Source: Phoronis australis (lineage: Eukaryota; Animalia; Phoronida). Taken from it: a stretch of DNA of 64,000 nucleotides. The notes under the pieces were generated by a model, which did no database searches, was not told the origin of the DNA, and saw only the letters and a list, made by a program, of their open reading frames with translations. The position numbers were made by a program, and so were the translations under genes. The stretch spans positions 45,324-109,323 of the forward strand of contig NMRA01000180.1 in NCBI GenBank assembly GCA_002633005.1. Direction: 5' to 3'. This document shows positions 61,086 to 64,000 of this stretch, in pieces. Position 1 is the stretch's first letter. Every line of letters begins with the position of its first letter.

Positions 61086-64000
61086 GACGATAGGGGCAAA
61101 TACGTCTTAAAAATGCATTTGTATGCTCCTATAACCCAGCACCACGCGTTGATACTTACTGAACCCGTTCTAGGTTCTCCTGTCTGTATTTCACGGAAGA
61201 ATACTTCGAATATATATCCGAACAGAGCCCAAACTCCTGCTACGGACCATGGTACTTTGTAGGCTACCGTGTGTCCAAATACCAATAAATTGGTAATAGC
61301 AAAATAAAACAACACGTTTTTATAAGAACTCGGTGTATTTTTAAAGGTTTTACATCGAATTTTGATGATTTATTGGTGTTAAACGATGAATTCAAGCGAT
61401 AAACTGACACCAGTAACCTGTGTTGAGAACTACTGAACAGACTGCTTGTGAAAACAATGACGTCATTGGATAGTTTCAACACCTCCGTCTGTCGTCAGGT
61501 GCCAAGTAACGCAACCGAACATGCCATTATCGAGTAGAACTACTCGATCTAAATTGATACAAAATAGGTTGTTTTTTGCTTGGCAATCTCCTTTAACTTT
61601 TCTTCGTGAAATTTTGTTTCCGGAAGGTTATTCGAGCTCTGATGATTGCCTACTCGGGAATTCCCCCACTTATGGCGGGTGTGGGGATCGTTACAAAGCT
61701 GGCAACATTCGGAAAAGAGATGAGTAGGTAGTAGTTATAGGAATTAACGAGGAGGTGCAAAAATTTGGCAAAACTTGCTGCATTACATTTCTTGAAACAC
61801 CAGCTACACAGTGATTGTCATATCGAAAGTTACAAATTCGACACTCTTTCAATGGCCCATTATTGTCGCGCCATCCAACAAGAATTTTTAAAAAGTACGA
61901 AAAACTGAAGCCCTGTTCTAGAATTTCTTCATTTGACGATATGTTAACGTATAGTAACTTAACATCCACATGAACATTGCATACATAGCCGCATCACGTA
62001 AGCTAAATAGGCCAATGCGTATAGGCCTGCCTCGCACAAACTGCTGGTCCCGTCTTGTAGTCAAAACGGCCCCTCAAAACTTATGTCTACAATGGGTGGA
62101 AATTATGGCACCGGAAGATGGGCGATGAAAGTTGTGTTGGTCACAGAGAGGGTAAAAAATGACGACCGGAGACATTTCAAGTTACTAGGGCTCATTGACC
62201 TATCATCGCTTAGGGACCAAGAGAAATCTTATCACCCGACACTATCTACATGTATATCTTTGGAGTGATGGTGAATTGTGCATATGAGATGGTGCACAGT
62301 TATGGCAATAGCTCGGCATTTTTTAAAGTATTTGAATAATTAACTCAGCTCCGTTCATTATTGCGGAACGCAATGTCGCCAAAACATGTAAGCAATTCAA
62401 CACGAAAATCATTAAAACAGCATCAATCACATGACCATGCATTTTGTATGTTATAATTGTTCTAAAAGTGAATATCATTGAGAGGTTTTTATCGACCGCT
62501 GTCGCGTTATCACGGAATTATTACATGCATGTTGGTCCAATTGTCAACGACTCACCGTTGATACTGATCATGGGTGATTGTAATGTTAAAATCAATCGTT
62601 AAAATGCTGCATCCTTGACGATTGCTTTGATATGCTTTCGTCATAGATTCGAAGCAACTGGGCGTGTGTTGAGCATAAAGGGACAGAATGGCTTGATGGC
62701 TGTGTGTTAAGTGCATACTTCAATAATTAATGACGGTCTTCGCTGACGTTTAGTGAAATTTATACTTTAATTAAAACGAACGGCACGGATGGGTTTAGAG
62801 CAAGGATGAACACTGTAACTTTGGTTTGGATATTTTTTATTTCAGTAACTCTTCCAGTGTTTGGTAAGTGTCTACCAATAATAGCATTCATGTAATATGC
62901 TGTTTTAGCGATTCTTTCGGTTCTTAAATAACGTTCACATTTCCATACATGTAACAGATTGAACGTTGGCTGGATAATCGTTCTCTGATGGACGTCTTCC
63001 ACTGCTCATGGTGTTTTCTATATCAAAATGTTATTATCTGTATTAATTATTCGGTCTTTGATTATTGCCATGTTATAAATGAATAAAAATGGAAGTGCTT
63101 GTAGCAAACTGATATGCACTGCGACATATATGAGGGTTGTCAAAATATTCAAGTTTTAAGTGGCATTACATGTATGTCTTTGTCACACGAAATTTTCATC
63201 TGCAAATGTTCTGAGTATAGTAACTGCAATGTGTTATTTCAGCTGATTGCTATATATAAGACCACTTTGTGACAACCAGTATATTCTGAAATGCACCACA
63301 AACTTCGTGGTACCTGGAGGACAGGTACATATCACTACACACAAAGCGAATGGTCGAGTTAAAACTGCTAAGATGGTTTTGGTCTGTACCCCGATTCATT
63401 CTAGTTAAAACTTGCGCGTACAATTCAAAAAAGCGTCCGCTCTACTAGGTCTCGAAATTTTTACAAAAACCGCTACAAAACCGCGCCTGTCAAATGAGTC
63501 ATCAATCTGTAAATGATGCATTGTTGCGTAAGCACCGAACGACCCCATAGGAACTGGCACTGGAAGTGGTGTTTGAAATTGACCTTTGTTGAGATGACAT
63601 ATGCAATATTTTCTCATGCGCATTTTCTGTTGGAAAGTGGGCAACTAAAGATACCGCACCTTTGAACCAATGTTTAAGTCAACCAATGAGCGTCTATAGT
63701 CAAAGGCATTGCTTGCACATCATTTTTTTCCTCTCTAGTCTATACCCTTGGACTTGGATGCTATTCCGAGGACATCGCAAACAGAACACTGCAGCTGTCC
63801 ACAGGTGAATACTCTCCCCTAGGACCTGTGAAGGCTTGTGTATACGCATGCTACAAAGATGGGCAAAGGTAAATTACCCTGACTAGTTTTAGAGTTTGTT
63901 ATCAACTGCTAAACCGTGGAGGGTGCTAGATCCATTTGAGTGAGCATGGGTGGCGCATCACCGAAAAAGTTGGCAGAGGCGGATCTACATGGGGGTTCAG

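Overview
Eukaryotic, AT-rich, repeat-dense DNA; the repeat families and gene architecture suggest a marine invertebrate, but the species cannot be determined here. There is one 518-N assembly gap. One protein-coding gene can be assembled by hand on the + strand (36763-52190; its 5'/signal exon was not found). It encodes a type I membrane protein of about 1,930 aa: an N-terminal PLAT/LH2 domain split over three exons that the ORF track mostly misses, 30 thrombospondin type-1 (TSP1) repeats, one transmembrane helix and a ~58-aa tail ending -VINV. Twenty-six of the TSP1 repeats lie in two 2,223-bp exons (13 x 171 bp each) produced by a 3,149-bp tandem duplication. These two exons are ~97% identical in the internal repeats I compared, while their 5' repeats, neighbouring small exons and introns are far more diverged, and three small TSP1 exons have decayed into pseudo-exons. 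The rest of the window is non-autonomous Helentron-type elements (including an inverted pair), MITEs, palindrome-headed repeats, THAP, Harbinger, LINE and possible Crypton relics, tRNA-derived heads and microsatellites. The 8-mer TACATGTA is strongly over-represented. All identities and counts were made by eye; no database searches were run.
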